NCBI GenBank assembly: GCA_001662655.1
Contig: KV460221.1
Direction: 5' to 3' (one strand)
Length of the DNA: 64,000 nt
Source: Pseudogymnoascus verrucosus
Lineage: Eukaryota
Shown here: in pieces, positions 61,411 to 64,000 of the stretch
How the letters are laid out: each line of letters begins with the position of its first letter
Position numbering within the stretch: the first letter of the stretch is position 1
Made by a program: the position numbers and the translations under genes
Notes under the pieces: model-generated
Told to the model about the DNA's origin: nothing
Databases searched by the model: none
What the model saw: the letters and a program-made list of their open reading frames with translations, nothing else

Positions 61411-63006
61411 TCAAATGAGAAGGTCAAGGTGCTTTCCAATATTCATTCATAACGGCGTTACGTAGATATTTGTACTATACGCTCTAAATTGTCGTGAATA
61501 AATTGCACATCTGGTTGTCCAACGTCGTTGTGCGAGGAACAGACCAGTCCTTGATACCGACCCATGCCGACCAACCCCGTAGTCCCAAATGGAGCCTCTC
61601 AATCCTCTCTTTTCTACCTCCCTTGTAACGGTCTTTGTTCTGCGTCGAGACTTCACGGCGGCGAGGTCAATTAGCCGAGGAGGCTGTCTAGGAGTAAGCA
61701 GAAAGGGGGTGTCAACCGAAATCCCTTCCACAGCATCACGAGTTGATATCCCGACAATAGTTGCCAACAAATCTCTCATCTAGCGGCCTTCTAGTTCTGC
61801 ACTACGAGACTTCGTACAGTTATCAGATCATTACTGACACTAAGGTCTCATGATTCGCACGGAGCTTTTCTAGCTCAGCTCATAACTGCGGGGTTGGTTG
61901 ACAGTTGCGGGTGCGGGGAAGTCAATGCGGGGGATTGGCACTGATCATCTCCACCCCCAACTAACTGGACACGTGTGTGCGTGGTGCGCATGGCTCTGGA
62001 AACCACCTTCTCATTTGCGAAATCCTCCGAGGAACCTTAAACTGCGGTGCTCGTATGTCGTATACGTCGCCCGCATCCAATTTCCACCGTGTTGCGCCAT
62101 GTTACAGAGCCACGCCAACTTACCACGCCTTCATCATGAAGATGGAGTGAGATACCTGTATATCGCAATGGAGTGCCAATCCAATATTTCTGCGCCCGCA
62201 CCCACACCGTTGTCGTACTCATCGGGTTCGACATGCCACATAGTGAACATACAGGGAACAGAGTGGAAGCTCCTCAACAGGGACCGGGTAACTATTGGAG
62301 TACGATTATCAAGATTGTCCGTGCACTTATTTTCCGGCCGGCCTTTGTTCACTCATTTGGACGGGAACCCTGCAAGTGGCGATGCTCGTTGGAGGGCTAG
62401 AATATAATACCGTCATTTATACCCCACTGATATGCCGTTAAAAGGTCCGAAAGGCGCCTCAGCCAACCAATGTGCGTCGCCGTTGGCTAGTCCAAAATGC
62501 CGCCGTTAGACCAGCTGCTAACTATGGAGGTTGGCATGACTGTTTTTTGGGGATTCCTCCGCTTCTCCGATAGAATAGAGGGGTTCGGGGTTTGGAGCAT
62601 GCCACGCAACGGCTGTATTTTGCCTTGCGCAAGTACTCCCAGCAATGCCGAGTTGGGTGAGCTGTGATCAACGGACAAACTCACTTGATGAGAGTAGCGA
62701 TATGGAGCAAATTCTAGGTTGATCAGATCCTTAAATTGTTACTGAACCTCGTTGTAAAAGGGCTTTGAATTAATCCTATCCATAACGGCGCATAGGCCTT
62801 TTGGTGTCGACGTCCTGCATCCAACGTGTAGTGCAACCCACAGCCTAGAGAGCCCACAAGACCTTGACGGCTTCCGCAGTCAAGTACAATGCCCTGTCCT
62901 ATGATTCTCCGAGACACTTTTTCTACAAGAACTGAACCCACACCATGAGTAAAGTTATAAGCCAGGTCTGTCAGCCTGAGATATTAAGACAGAGAGTTCC
63001 ATTCCA

Positions 63007-63978
63007 TCAGCCGAGCGTTTGTAGCATACACCACATAAGTAGCGCAGAGATAGCTGTAGGAACCATAGACGGCAATGTCGAAGCTGCAGATGGTGAGTTG
63101 GCCTTGATCGCATCCGCTTCGACTTTGTCGTCATCTTCCCGTTTGCATTTAGTGATATCTGTGAGGACTTTCGGGCATGTCACCCGTTTATACTCGACAC
63201 TGTAATTCCACCGTTAGATTTCGCGGGACTGTCTAAACAGGCTGAAATAAGCACTCACTTTGGCCCCTCGGCATCGTTGAACCAGTCGAACCGCCACTGA
63301 CAGCCAGGCTTTAGTGCCGCGGGAAGGTTGTCGCAGTCAGCGCGATTTAATAAGCCCACATTTTTCGTACCAAACACAGAATCTGAGACGCTATATTCAA
63401 TACCGCATGCGCCAGCGTAGCTCGTGTTCCCGCCAGGTATCTGGTTTATGGTATTAGTAAGGTCGTAACTCACTCAATTTGGGGGAGAACGAGCAACATA
63501 CACCGAGAGTAAAGACATTCGCATTCGGGGAGTCGTAATTCGTGTTGGAGGCTTGCACAATCATCGACTTGCCCTTGACTGCCCCGCTGGTAAAGTTCAA
63601 TTGGTAGCAACTGCAGCACCAGCTGGACTCATCGCCGCCAACGAGGAAAGTGCCCACGAAACCGTAGGAGAACGTGTCATTGACGGCCCAAGGCGCGTTC
63701 GTCGGACATCCGAAAGCATGACCGCCATTGCAGCCTGTCCCTTGGGAATTATCTAGCAGCGGATTCTGATTGATATCGCATGACTGGACTGGAGACTTGT
63801 CGACGAAGCCTGCTTTGTCGGCCCAGCCGCAGGACGGTTTGCAGCAGTCCCAATACCGCGATGTTATCGCCGTGGAAGGTCCAAATAAATTCGACGTCGC
63901 TGCATCAGCACAGGAGAAAATGAGAGCAAAGAGGAAGACGGCGAAGGTGTGGCTTAGTGACCTTGATAGATTCGTCAT
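63007..63978 (-). CDS. GH45 endoglucanase-like protein with a GPI-like C-terminal tail
   Basis: Signal peptide; TSRYWDCCKPSC, WCCSCYQL, GKSMIVQ, GCQWRFDWF and VTCPKVLTDITKC motifs; tail SPSAASTLPSMVPTAISALLMWCMLQTLG*; two introns. Confidence 0.9.
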
Positions 63979-64000
63979 GGCTAGGAGTGTGGGCATTCTG

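Noticed and set aside
61420..63000. Several ORFs of 60-170 aa between the PPCDC and GH45 genes
   Set aside because: No domain motifs or consistent exon chain.

Overview
Intron-containing filamentous ascomycete DNA. The gene style is consistent with a Leotiomycete such as Pseudogymnoascus, but that is a guess. The window holds about 27 protein genes or pseudogenes and 2 tRNA genes in three zones. (1) 1-20 kb is accessory and secondary-metabolism-like: the 5' end of an NRPS (degenerate A fragment, pentapeptide repeat, C, A; runs off the left edge and is largely missed by the ORF track), a divergent ABCC transporter, two Zn-cluster TF/SDR divergent pairs, and a chimeric gene (HeLo-like N-domain + Vps4-type MIT domain + vanillyl-alcohol-oxidase fold that has lost key catalytic residues). 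(2) 20-41 kb is mostly GC-skewed housekeeping genes: LigB dioxygenase, APT1, IVY1-like, TRI12-type MFS, UBC13, WDR59/SEA3, a tRNA-Thr/tRNA-Val pair 7 nt apart, an O-methyltransferase and a GFA protein. (3) 41-64 kb is accessory: HET protein, an SDR pseudogene with a fold-back hairpin at its deletion junction, a TupA-like binding protein, Cip1-CBM1, a decaying NACHT-ankyrin NLR, an RTA1/TF pair, a C2H2 protein, an alginate-lyase-family enzyme, a PPC decarboxylase, and a GPI-tailed GH45 lacking its catalytic acid. The best novelty candidate is the HeLo-like/MIT/pseudo-VAO fusion. All homology calls are by eye from remembered family motifs; no searches were run.
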